Shown here: one piece after another, positions 55,101-63,022 of the stretch
Numbering within the stretch: the stretch's first letter is position 1
How the letters are laid out: each line of letters begins with the position of its first letter
Source: Kofleriaceae bacterium
GTDB taxonomy: Bacteria > Myxococcota_A > Polyangia > Haliangiales > Haliangiaceae
DNA: 63,022 nt
Direction: 5' to 3'
Assembly: GCA_046597055.1 (NCBI GenBank)
Contig: JBKJLC010000191.1
Span: 1-63,022 of the forward strand
The notes under the pieces: model-generated
The model's database searches: none
Told to the model about the DNA's origin: nothing
What the model saw: the letters and a program-made list of their open reading frames with translations, nothing else
Program-made: the position numbers and the translations under genes

Positions 55101-55667
55101 TCAGGTGCCGGTGACGGCGACCGGCCCGTCGACGGCGGAACGCGCAAATTTCTCAGTCGGTAGCGCGGCGGCCTTGGGCATGGCGATCGCGCCGGTGCGG
55201 ACCATCTCGATGATGCCGAACGGCTCGAGCACGAGGCGCAGGTCGTCGATGCGGCTGCGGGTCGCGGTGATCTCGATGATCAGCGCGCCGGGCGCGACGT
55301 CGACCACGCGCGCGTCGAACAGCTGGGCGGCCTGGACGACCGCAGCGCGGCTGGCGCCGTCGGCCTTGACCTTGATCAGCGCGAGATCGCGCTCGATCGC
55401 GGCGGCGTCGTCGAGCTCGACCACGTCGACCAGGTCGCACAGCTTCCACAGGTTGGCCTCGAGCCGGGCCGCGGTGGCGTCGTCGGCGCCGACCACCACG
55501 GTCAGCCGCGACAGGCCGGTGACCTCGGACTGGCCGACGGTGAGCGAGACGATGTTGTAGCCGCGGCGCCGGAACAGCGACGCGACCCGGTTGAGCACAC
55601 CCGGCACGTCCTCGACGGTGGCGACGAACGTGCGCAGGCGCGGGCGGGCGGAGGTCCCGGTGGTCAT
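55101..55667 (-). CDS. ilvN: Acetolactate synthase small subunit
   Basis: [28 protein letters not shown] domain; [15 protein letters not shown]. Confidence 0.93.
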   Translation of the reverse strand: MTTGTSARPRLRTFVATVEDVPGVLNRVASLFRRRGYNIVSLTVGQSEVTGLSRLTVVVGADDATAARLEANLWKLCDLVDVVELDDAAAIERDLALIKVKADGASRAAVVQAAQLFDARVVDVAPGALIIEITATRSRIDDLRLVLEPFGIIEMVRTGAIAMPKAAALPTEKFARSAVDGPVAVTGT

Positions 55668-57487
55668 CGCGGCAGCTCCTGATCGTCGGGGTCGGCGCCG
55701 GTCTCGGCCAGCACCGAGCCACCCGGTGGGGTGGTCGACGCGACCGGGCGGCGGATCATGTCGTGGAGGGCGGCGCCCGACGGCACCATCGGATAGACCG
55801 AGTCCTCCTGCTCGACGCGGAAGTCGATGACGACGGTGCCGGGATCCTGGCGCGCGGCGGCGACCGCGCCGGCGACCTCGCTGCGGGTCCGGACCCGCAG
55901 GCCAGTCAGGCCGTGCGCCTCGGCCAGCTTGACGAAGTCGGGCGAGCGCATCGGCGTCGCCACGTAGCGGCCGCCGTAGAACATCTCTTGCCACTGCCGG
56001 ACCATGCCGAGGTAGCCGTTGTTGATGATCGCGACGTTGACCTTGATCCCGTCCTGGGCGCAGGTCGACAGCTCGCACGAGGTCATCTGGAAGCCGCCGT
56101 CGCCGGCGATCACCCACACCTCGGACTCGGGCCGCGCCATGCGCGCGCCGATCGCCGCCGGCAGCGCGAAGCCCATGGTGCCGAGGCCGCCCGAGGTGAG
56201 CAGCCCGCGGGCGTGGTCGTGCTTGTAGTACTGGGCCTCCCACATCTGGTGCTGGCCGACGTCGGTGACGACCAGCGCCTTGCCCTCGGTCAGCCGCCAC
56301 AGATCGTGGATGACGTGGGCGGCGTAGAGCTTGCCGTCGTCGGGCAACGCCTGGATGTCGCGGACCGCGGTGTCGCCCTTGTCGGCCTCGATCCGCGCGA
56401 TCCACGGCGCCCGATCGTCGGCGCGCACCCGCGGCGTCATCGTGGTCAGGAAGTGCTTCACGTCGTCGACGATGCCGACGTCGACCGCGACGTTCTTGCC
56501 GATCTCGGACGAGTCGAGGTCGACGTGGATCTTGCGGGCGCGGCGCGCGTAGGTCTTGAGGTTGCCGGTGACCCGATCGTCGAAGCGCATGCCGAGCGCG
56601 ATCAGGAGGTCGGCCTCCTGCACCGCGCGGTTGACCCACGCCTCGCCGTGCATGCCCATCATGCCGAGCGCGCGCGGGTGGGTGGCCGGGAAGCCGCCGA
56701 GGCCGAGCAGGGTCGACGCCACCGGGATGCCGGTCTTCGCGACGAACGCGAGCAGCTCGGCGGTGGCGCCGGCCTCGACGATGCCGTGGCCGGCGAAGAT
56801 CAGCGGCCGCTCGGCGCTGTCGATCAGCGCGGTCGCCCGCTCCAGCGAGTCGAGCGTGGTCGCCCGCGGCGGCCGGCCGTGCGGCGTGCGCGCGAACGAG
56901 CGATCGTCGGGGTCGAAGTCGCAGGTCGCCTGCTGGGCGTCCTTGGTGATGTCGACCAGGACCGGGCCCGGCCGGCCGGTGCGCGCGACGTGGAACGCCT
57001 CGCGCAGGGTCGGGCCGACGTCCTCGGCCCGGGTCACCAGCCAGTTGTGCTTGGTGATCGGCAGGGTGATGCCGGTGACGTCGACCTCCTGGAAGGCGTC
57101 GGTGCCGATCAGGTGCGACGTCACCTGGCCGGTGATGAAGACGCACGGGATGCTGTCGAGCATCGCGGTGGCGATGCCGGTGACCAGGTTGGTCGCGCCG
57201 GGACCCGAGGTCGCGACCGCGACGCCGACCCGGCCCGACGCGCGCGCGTAGCCGTCGGCCATGTGGGCCGCGCCCTGCTCGTGGCGGACCAGGATGTGGC
57301 GGACCCGCGACTTCGGCAGCGCGTCGTAGGCCGGCATGATCGCGCCGCCGGGATACCCGAACACGACGTCGACGCCCTCTTGCTCGAGCGTCGCCCAGAT
57401 GATCTCGGCGCCGGTGCGCCGGGCGGGGTGCGGGTGGGAGGTCACCGCCGTGGCGGCGGTGGCGGCGGTGGCGGTGATCGGCGTCAT
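55664..57487 (-). CDS. ilvB: Acetolactate synthase large subunit
   Basis: [65 protein letters not shown]. Confidence 0.96.
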   Translation of the reverse strand: MTPITATAATAATAVTSHPHPARRTGAEIIWATLEQEGVDVVFGYPGGAIMPAYDALPKSRVRHILVRHEQGAAHMADGYARASGRVGVAVATSGPGATNLVTGIATAMLDSIPCVFITGQVTSHLIGTDAFQEVDVTGITLPITKHNWLVTRAEDVGPTLREAFHVARTGRPGPVLVDITKDAQQATCDFDPDDRSFARTPHGRPPRATTLDSLERATALIDSAERPLIFAGHGIVEAGATAELLAFVAKTGIPVASTLLGLGGFPATHPRALGMMGMHGEAWVNRAVQEADLLIALGMRFDDRVTGNLKTYARRARKIHVDLDSSEIGKNVAVDVGIVDDVKHFLTTMTPRVRADDRAPWIARIEADKGDTAVRDIQALPDDGKLYAAHVIHDLWRLTEGKALVVTDVGQHQMWEAQYYKHDHARGLLTSGGLGTMGFALPAAIGARMARPESEVWVIAGDGGFQMTSCELSTCAQDGIKVNVAIINNGYLGMVRQWQEMFYGGRYVATPMRSPDFVKLAEAHGLTGLRVRTRSEVAGAVAAARQDPGTVVIDFRVEQEDSVYPMVPSGAALHDMIRRPVASTTPPGGSVLAETGADPDDQELPR

Positions 57488-59160
57488 GGGTGCGAGGGCT
57501 CCGCTTGGGTCGGCGCGCTGGGATCGAACGTGATGGCGCCCTCGGAGGCCGAGCGCACGGTCAAGGCGTACTTGCCGAGCACGCCGCGCGACGGCGCGCG
57601 TGGCAGCGGGGCGTTGGCGCGGCCATCGAGATCGGCGAGCGCGTCGAGGCGACGGCTGGCGACGTCGATCACGACCTGATCGCCCTCGTGCAGGCGACCG
57701 ATCGGTCCACCCAGCGCCGCCTCGGGCGCGACGTGGCCGACCATGAAGCCGACGGTGGCGCCGGAGAACCGGCCATCGGTGATGAGCGCGACCTCGCCGG
57801 CGAGCCCCTGCCCGACCAGGGCCGCGGTGACGCCGAGCATCTCGCGCATGCCGGGGCCGCCCTTGGGGCCCTCGAAGCGGATGACGACCACGTCGCCGGC
57901 GATGATCGCGCCGGCCTGGACCGCGGCGAACGCGGCCTCCTCGCTGTCGAAGACGCGGGCCGGGCCCTGGTGGCGGGTCCGGGTGTGGCCCGACAACTTG
58001 ATGACGCAGCCCTCGGGGGCGAGGTTGCCGCGCAGGATCGCGAGCCCGCCGGTCGCCGACTTGGGCTGCTCGAGCGAGGTGATCACTTGCTGACCGGGCG
58101 TCTCGCGGGCCAGGTCGGCCTCCTGGCGCAGGGTGCGACCGCTGACGGTCGGCGTGTCGTGCAGGAGGCCGGCGGCGAACAGCCGCTGGCACAGCACGGC
58201 GAGCCCGCCGGCCCGGTACAGGTCGACCGCGGTGAAGCGCCCGCCGGGCTTGAGGTCGGTGAGGGTCGGCGTGCGCTCGGCCAGCCGATCGAAGTCGTCG
58301 ATCGACAGCGGCACCTCGGCCTCGCGCGCGATCGCGAGCAGGTGCAGCACCGCGTTGGTCGAGCCGCCGCTGGCGGCCACCGAGGTGATCGCGTTCTCGA
58401 GCGACGCGCGGGTGATGAACTGGCGCGCGTTGGCGCCCTCGGCCAGCCGCTGCATGATCAGCGTGCCGACCCCGGCTGCGGCCGCGGCGCGCTCGGGCGC
58501 GGTCGCCGGGATCTCGCCGAGCCCCATCGGGCCCAGGCCCATCACGGTCACCGCGGTCGCCATCGTGTTGGCGGTGAACTGACCGCCGCAGGCCCCGGCG
58601 CCGGGACACGCCTTGTCCTCGAGCGTGCGCAGGTCGGCGAGGGTCATCTTGCCGGCCGCGTGCGCGCCGACACCCTCGAAGACGTCCTGGATGGTGACGT
58701 CCTTGCCCTGGAACCGCCCGGGCGCGATCGGCCCGCCGTAGAGGATGATGCCGGGGATGTCGAGGCGGGCCAGCGCCATCGCCGCGGCCGGGATGGTCTT
58801 GTCGCAGCCGACCAGGCACACCACCGCGTCGACCAGGTGACCGAGGCAGACCAGCTCGACCGAGTCGGCGATCAGCTCGCGCGAGACCAGGCTGGCCCGC
58901 ATGCCGGGCGTGCCCATCGTGATGCCGTCACTGACCGCGATCGTGTTCCACTCGATCGGCGTGCCGCCGGCGGCACGGATGCCGCGCTTCACGTCATCGG
59001 CGAGGGCGCGCAGGTGCAGGTTGCACGGCATCACCTCGGTCCAGGTGTTCACGATCGCGACCAGCGGCTTCTCGAGGTCGGCGTCGTTGAGGCCGGTTCC
59101 CTTGAGCATCGCGCGCGCGGGCGCACGGCTCGGGTCGCGTTTCAGGGCATCGCTGCGCAT
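57484..59160 (-). CDS. ilvD: Dihydroxy-acid dehydratase
   Basis: [54 protein letters not shown]. Confidence 0.96.
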   Translation of the reverse strand: MRSDALKRDPSRAPARAMLKGTGLNDADLEKPLVAIVNTWTEVMPCNLHLRALADDVKRGIRAAGGTPIEWNTIAVSDGITMGTPGMRASLVSRELIADSVELVCLGHLVDAVVCLVGCDKTIPAAAMALARLDIPGIILYGGPIAPGRFQGKDVTIQDVFEGVGAHAAGKMTLADLRTLEDKACPGAGACGGQFTANTMATAVTVMGLGPMGLGEIPATAPERAAAAAGVGTLIMQRLAEGANARQFITRASLENAITSVAASGGSTNAVLHLLAIAREAEVPLSIDDFDRLAERTPTLTDLKPGGRFTAVDLYRAGGLAVLCQRLFAAGLLHDTPTVSGRTLRQEADLARETPGQQVITSLEQPKSATGGLAILRGNLAPEGCVIKLSGHTRTRHQGPARVFDSEEAAFAAVQAGAIIAGDVVVIRFEGPKGGPGMREMLGVTAALVGQGLAGEVALITDGRFSGATVGFMVGHVAPEAALGGPIGRLHEGDQVVIDVASRRLDALADLDGRANAPLPRAPSRGVLGKYALTVRSASEGAITFDPSAPTQAEPSHP

Positions 59161-59207
59161 TCAGGTTCCTTCTCGACTTGGGGGCGCCAAACGCCACTCA
59201 CCACTTC

Positions 59208-59245
59208 AAACGACAAGGCCCCCGTCACTTCTCGGTGCGGGGGCC
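59208..59245 (-). terminator. Attenuator terminator of the ilv-leu operon
   Basis: Minus strand GGCCCCCG-CACCGAGAAGTGA-CGGGGGCC followed by TTGTCGTTT. Confidence 0.75.
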
Positions 59246-59268
59246 ATTCACTGATTCGGAGATCCGTT

Positions 59269-59424
59269 TCAGGTCGGCGGCCCGCACCGGGCGGCAATCA
59301 GCACGATCGGCAGCAGCAGCACGTCGCCGATGATAATCAGGCGCGCGTCGGCAGCGGCGACCACGACCTCGGCGGCGAGCGACGTTCCGCTCAGACCCCC
59401 GCGAGAACCGTCGAGACGCGCCAC
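59269..59424 (-). CDS. Branched-chain amino acid leader peptide (51 aa if started at GTG 59424)
   Basis: ...EVVVAAADARLIIIGDVLLLPIVLIAARCGPPT*; 15 of codons 20-43 are Val/Ile/Leu; lies directly upstream of the terminator and ilvD. Confidence 0.8.
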   Translation of the reverse strand: MARLDGSRGGLSGTSLAAEVVVAAADARLIIIGDVLLLPIVLIAARCGPPT

Positions 59425-59431
59425 GAACTCA

Positions 59432-59459
59432 ACACTACGCGTGAGACGCACCGTGTCAA
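59432..59459 (-). promoter_or_regulatory. Sigma70 promoter of the ilv-leu operon
   Basis: TTGACA (59459-59454), 16 nt, TAGTGT (59437-59432), 7 nt before GTG 59424. Confidence 0.7.
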
Positions 59460-59624
59460 GGAAAAGCACACGTCAGTGAGGCTCACCCACACCGCCGCGC
59501 GGTCTGAGCATTCCTCAAAGCGTGTAGGCCCCTGTCCGTCCTGCGGACACTGATGTCCCGACCGCGGACGAACCGTGGTGCGGCTGCCTCGGCGCCGACG
59601 GCGACCCCGCCTCGGACGCGCGGC

Positions 59625-61031
59625 TCAGCCGGGCGGCGGAAGGATGCGAAACACCAGGACATCGTTGTTCTGGAGCGCGGTGCCGACGCAGGCCTTCAGG
59701 TCGGCCACCGCCCGCACCACCGTCTCGGCCAGCATGCGGCCGTCGTCGCGGCGGCGGGGCGCATCCGGCTGCGCGCCCACGTACTGCACGAACTCGTCGT
59801 ACTTCTCGAGCAGCTTGCCCGGGTCGAGATCCTTCAGCATCGGGATGAAGTAACCCGGGTTCACGACCACCCAGTCGCCCTTGCCGACCTCGAGCACGGT
59901 GCGGTCGGCGTACGGGGTCGACAGCTGATCGTGCGGGATCGAGCCGAGGAAGCCCTCGTCGTCGGCCTGGTGCTGGTGCGGGATGACCTCGACGAAGAAG
60001 ACGAACAGCTCGATGCCCTTGCGCAGGTTCGAGAGGTCGTCCTCGTCGAGCGGCGGGAAGGTCTCGGGCACGCCGACGTGGATCGCCGGCACCACCACCC
60101 GCTCGAGGATGTCGATCGCCAGCGGCGCGGTCGCCCGGCGCAAGGCGACGATCTGCGCGATCGCCTCGAACAGGCCACGGTCCGCGGTCTGCTCCGAGAC
60201 CGGCTTGGTCTGGTCGGCGCGCGACAGCGCCTCGACCACGCGGTCGACGATCTGCTGGTTCTGCGGGCCGATCCGGACGCCGGCGGCCTTCACCGCCTCG
60301 ATCAGCGCGGAGGTCGGCTCCTTGGTCCACAGCTGGCCGAGGCCGGCAAAGTCGAGCGACATCCACTGCCCCAGCGGCACCGTGTGCAGCCGCAGGTAGT
60401 GCTGGGCGAGGAAGCGGTCGAGCGACTGGCCCTTGTCGGCCTCGCGGCCCTGCTCGTGCTGCTCGCGGATCTTCTCGATCTCGGTGACCATGCGGCGGAT
60501 CGCGCCCGAGCCCATCCGCAGGAGCTGCTCGGCGAACATGAACGGCGCGATCTCGAGGAACACCTTCGAGAAGCCGATCCGCCAGGTGTGGGGATCGTCG
60601 CCGAACAGGATCCAGTGACCGCCGTGGCGCCGACGCACCGTCTCGCCGATCCAGGCGCCGAAGTTGAACCAGGTCTCCCAGTGGCCCTCGTCCTTGAGGT
60701 CGAGCTCGTCCTTGTCGCCGATCTGGCCGAACAGCCAGGTGTCGAAGGTGATGAGCTCGATCGGGACCCCCAGCGCGATCGCGCCGGCGTCGCCCTCCAC
60801 GTCGGCGATGGCGTCGACCACGTCGCCCTCGTGATCGATCAGCTCGTCGAGCACGATGTCGGTCTGGCCGCGGACCTTGGACGAGAAGCGGTAGGCGCCC
60901 TCGCGCAGCTCGTTCATCGCCTTCTCGAAGCGCGCCTGGGCGGCCTCCTCGGCGGCGGCGAGCTGCAGGGCGCCCTCGGACTGCTTCTTGGGGGTCTGGG
61001 GCTTGTCCGGTTGAGACACGATCCGGGACAT
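59625..61031 (-). CDS. Hypothetical protein (acidic, cytoplasmic)
   Basis: Strong coding-like codon usage over about 465 codons; start is ATG 61031 or GTG 61019 (TATAAT at 61035-61030 favours the latter). Confidence 0.8.
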   Translation of the reverse strand: MSRIVSQPDKPQTPKKQSEGALQLAAAEEAAQARFEKAMNELREGAYRFSSKVRGQTDIVLDELIDHEGDVVDAIADVEGDAGAIALGVPIELITFDTWLFGQIGDKDELDLKDEGHWETWFNFGAWIGETVRRRHGGHWILFGDDPHTWRIGFSKVFLEIAPFMFAEQLLRMGSGAIRRMVTEIEKIREQHEQGREADKGQSLDRFLAQHYLRLHTVPLGQWMSLDFAGLGQLWTKEPTSALIEAVKAAGVRIGPQNQQIVDRVVEALSRADQTKPVSEQTADRGLFEAIAQIVALRRATAPLAIDILERVVVPAIHVGVPETFPPLDEDDLSNLRKGIELFVFFVEVIPHQHQADDEGFLGSIPHDQLSTPYADRTVLEVGKGDWVVVNPGYFIPMLKDLDPGKLLEKYDEFVQYVGAQPDAPRRRDDGRMLAETVVRAVADLKACVGTALQNNDVLVFRILPPPG

Positions 61032-61108
61032 TATACGAGCGGGTGGCGCGGGCAACCCGACGACGCCGGGATCGAGCGTCCGCCACCCGATATCGCCCCA
61101 CCGGGCGC

Positions 61109-61465
61109 TCAGGCGGCGACGTCGTGGGCGCGGCGGACGCCGATTGCCACCAGCAGCCAGGTCGCCGCCAGCAGGGGCAGCCCGAGGCCGGCCGGCGTGA
61201 TCGCCTCGCCCATGCCGACCAGCAGCGCGTGCCACGGGATCGGCTGGGTCTCCTGCGCGGGCACCACGTGCCACAGGACGGTGGTGACATTGATCGCGAC
61301 CCCGCCGGCGATGCAGAACAGCTGCGCGAGCGTCATGGCCCGCACGAACGCGAGCCGCTCGGGCGTGGCCTGCAAGAAGAAGCGGACCGCCGCGGTCACG
61401 AGGACGAGGGTGAACGCGAGGACGAGGTACATCGACCAGCCGCCAGCCTGGATGTAGGTGAGCAT
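61109..61465 (-). CDS. Small three-TM membrane protein (MotA/TolQ/ExbB-like N-terminus)
   Basis: AGGAG SD; YIQAGGWSMYLV start; GMGEAI before the last helix. Confidence 0.7.
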   Translation of the reverse strand: MLTYIQAGGWSMYLVLAFTLVLVTAAVRFFLQATPERLAFVRAMTLAQLFCIAGGVAINVTTVLWHVVPAQETQPIPWHALLVGMGEAITPAGLGLPLLAATWLLVAIGVRRAHDVAA

Positions 61466-61500
61466 CGGGGACTCCTGAGGGATCGGGGTTGTCTCGTCAC

Positions 61501-61575
61501 AACGCCGCCGGTCCGGTGGCGTGACAGCTCGATCGCATCGCACGTCGCTTGTCACGCTCGCCCGCCCGGCGCGTT
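61501..61575. promoter_or_regulatory. Divergent pair of ECF-type promoters TGTCACG-N15-CGTT
   Basis: Minus copy 61526-61501 and plus copy 61550-61575 have identical boxes and spacing. Confidence 0.7.
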
Positions 61576-61583
61576 ATGGACGG

Positions 61584-62159
61584 GTGGACGAGGCCTCCGA
61601 GCGTGACCTGGTCGCCCGCCTCCGCGGCGGCGACGCCCGCGCGTTCGACCAGGTCTACGCGCAGATGCGGGCCCGGGTGTTCAGCTTCCTCGCCCGCATG
61701 ACCGGCCGCCGCGACGTCGCCGACGACCTCGCGCAGGAGGTGTGGCTGCGGCTGGCGCGGTCCGCGCCCCGGCTGGCACCCGACACCCGGCTCACCCCGT
61801 GGCTGCTCACGGTGGCGCGCAACCTGTACGTGTCGCACTGGCGGGCGGCCAAGGTCGCCACCGCGCTCGGCGGCGGCCTCCTGCCCGAGACGCCGCCGCC
61901 TGGCAGCGGCCCGTTCGAGGTCGCCGCCCAGGGCCAGACCCAGCGCCAGCTCGAGCGCGCGATCGCCGACCTGGCGCCGACCTACCGCGAGATCCTGCTG
62001 CTGTGTGCGATCGAGGGCCTCGCGCCCAGCGATGCGGCGGCGGTGCTCGAGATCACCCCGGAGGCCGCGCGGCAGCGGCTGGCGCGCGCGCGGACGATGG
62101 TCGCGGGCGCGCTCGGCGACGCCGACGGCGTACCGTATCGACGAGGAGGTGTGGCATGA
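61584..62159 (+). CDS. ECF sigma-70 factor
   Basis: GDARAFDQVY, ADDLAQEVW, PWLLTVARN region 2; LAPTYREILLL..IEGL....AAVL......RQRLARAR region 4. Confidence 0.9.
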   Translation: MDEASERDLVARLRGGDARAFDQVYAQMRARVFSFLARMTGRRDVADDLAQEVWLRLARSAPRLAPDTRLTPWLLTVARNLYVSHWRAAKVATALGGGLLPETPPPGSGPFEVAAQGQTQRQLERAIADLAPTYREILLLCAIEGLAPSDAAAVLEITPEAARQRLARARTMVAGALGDADGVPYRRGGVA

Positions 62160-62395
62160 CCGACGACCGTGACCCCGACGCCGAGCTCGACGCGCTGCTG
62201 CGCGCCAACCTGGCCCCATACGATGTGCCGGCCGCCCGCATCGCCGCGGTCCGCGCCAGCGCGCACGACGAGCTGGCGCGCGCGCGCCGCCGGGCCCGCG
62301 GTCGCCGCCGCGCGGCCGAGGCGACCGCCGCGTTCGCGCTCGGCGCGGCCCAGGTGGCCTGGGCGATCGTGGCGTTCCTCGACCGGCCGTACTGA
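62156..62395 (+). CDS. Small single-TM putative anti-sigma factor
   Basis: ATGA overlap with the sigma gene, GAGGAGG SD, C-terminal hydrophobic helix. Confidence 0.65.
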   Translation: MTDDRDPDAELDALLRANLAPYDVPAARIAAVRASAHDELARARRRARGRRRAAEATAAFALGAAQVAWAIVAFLDRPY

Positions 62396-62413
62396 CGGCC
62401 GGCGCGGTTCCGA

Positions 62414-62986
62414 TCAGGTCGACTGCGGCTGCCACAGCGGCTCGGGCCGCCCGTCCTTGAGCGCCGCCCAGCGGCCGAACACGAACAGCGCGTCCGACAG
62501 GCGGTTGAGATACACCACCGGAAGCTCGCCGAGATCCTCGCGCTCGCCGAGGCCGACGATCAGCCGCTCGCCGCGCCGACACACCGTGCGAGCCAGGTGG
62601 AACGCGGCCGAGGCCGCGCCGCCGCCGGGGAGGACGAAGCTGGTGAGCGCCGGCAGGTCGTCGTTGAGCGCGTCGATGTCGTGCTCGAGCTGCTCGACGT
62701 GGCGGAGCTCGACCCGCGGTAGCTTGGCGCGCCGCACCGGATCCGGCGTGGCCAGCTCGGCGCCCAGGTTGAACAGCTCGTTCTGCACGCGGTGGATGAT
62801 CGGGATGAGGTGGTCGCCGGCGGCGGAGCTCTCGAGCGCGGTGCGGACCAGGCCGAGGGTCGCGTTGACCTCGTCGACCGTGCCGTACGCCTCGATCCGG
62901 GGCGACGCCTTGCTCGCACGCTCGCCGCCGATCAGCGAGGTCTGCCCGCGATCGCCACCCTTGGTATAGACCTTGTCGATGCGCAT
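62414..62986 (-). CDS. pduO: PduO-type cob(I)alamin adenosyltransferase
   Basis: [49 protein letters not shown]. Confidence 0.92.
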   Translation of the reverse strand: MRIDKVYTKGGDRGQTSLIGGERASKASPRIEAYGTVDEVNATLGLVRTALESSAAGDHLIPIIHRVQNELFNLGAELATPDPVRRAKLPRVELRHVEQLEHDIDALNDDLPALTSFVLPGGGAASAAFHLARTVCRRGERLIVGLGEREDLGELPVVYLNRLSDALFVFGRWAALKDGRPEPLWQPQST

Positions 62987-63022
62987 CGTGCGCGCACCAT
63001 ACCAGCGCACCGTCGGTGCGCC

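Noticed and set aside
50929..58819. Very long ORFs 50929..53709, 55101..57146 and 55664..58819 suggesting fusions
   Set aside because: Off-frame extensions through upstream overlapping genes; each enzyme has its own ATGA-coupled start.

Overview
Very GC-rich bacterial chromosomal window, most likely Myxococcota (Kofleriaceae/Haliangiales-like; inferred from the Ser/Thr kinases, TPR-PEGA protein, many lipoproteins and codon bias). About 48 real CDSs; most long ORFs in the track are antisense or off-frame shadows. Core content: a complete ilvD-ilvB-ilvN-ilvC-leuA-leuC-leuD-cimA-leuB operon under a Val/Ile/Leu leader-peptide attenuator and followed by malic enzyme, an acyl-CoA carboxylase/dehydrogenase cluster, pcnB, cstA plus a hybrid kinase, a FadL-type porin with twin lipoproteins, an ECF sigma module and pduO. 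No rRNA, tRNA, CRISPR array or transposase was seen. Best leads: (1) an actinobacterial-type pafB-pafC WYL pair with a matching PafBC-type promoter (TGTCAG-N10-TAGGTT) in front of a histone-like PAKK-repeat gene; (2) a REP-like palindromic element present both intergenically and in-frame inside cimA; (3) a tandem RRE-like plus methyltransferase protein; (4) a 19-codon relay ORF between leuC and leuD; (5) a candidate C-loop sRNA before pcnB; (6) apparently widespread leaderless transcription. All calls come from reading motifs by eye; no database searches were run.
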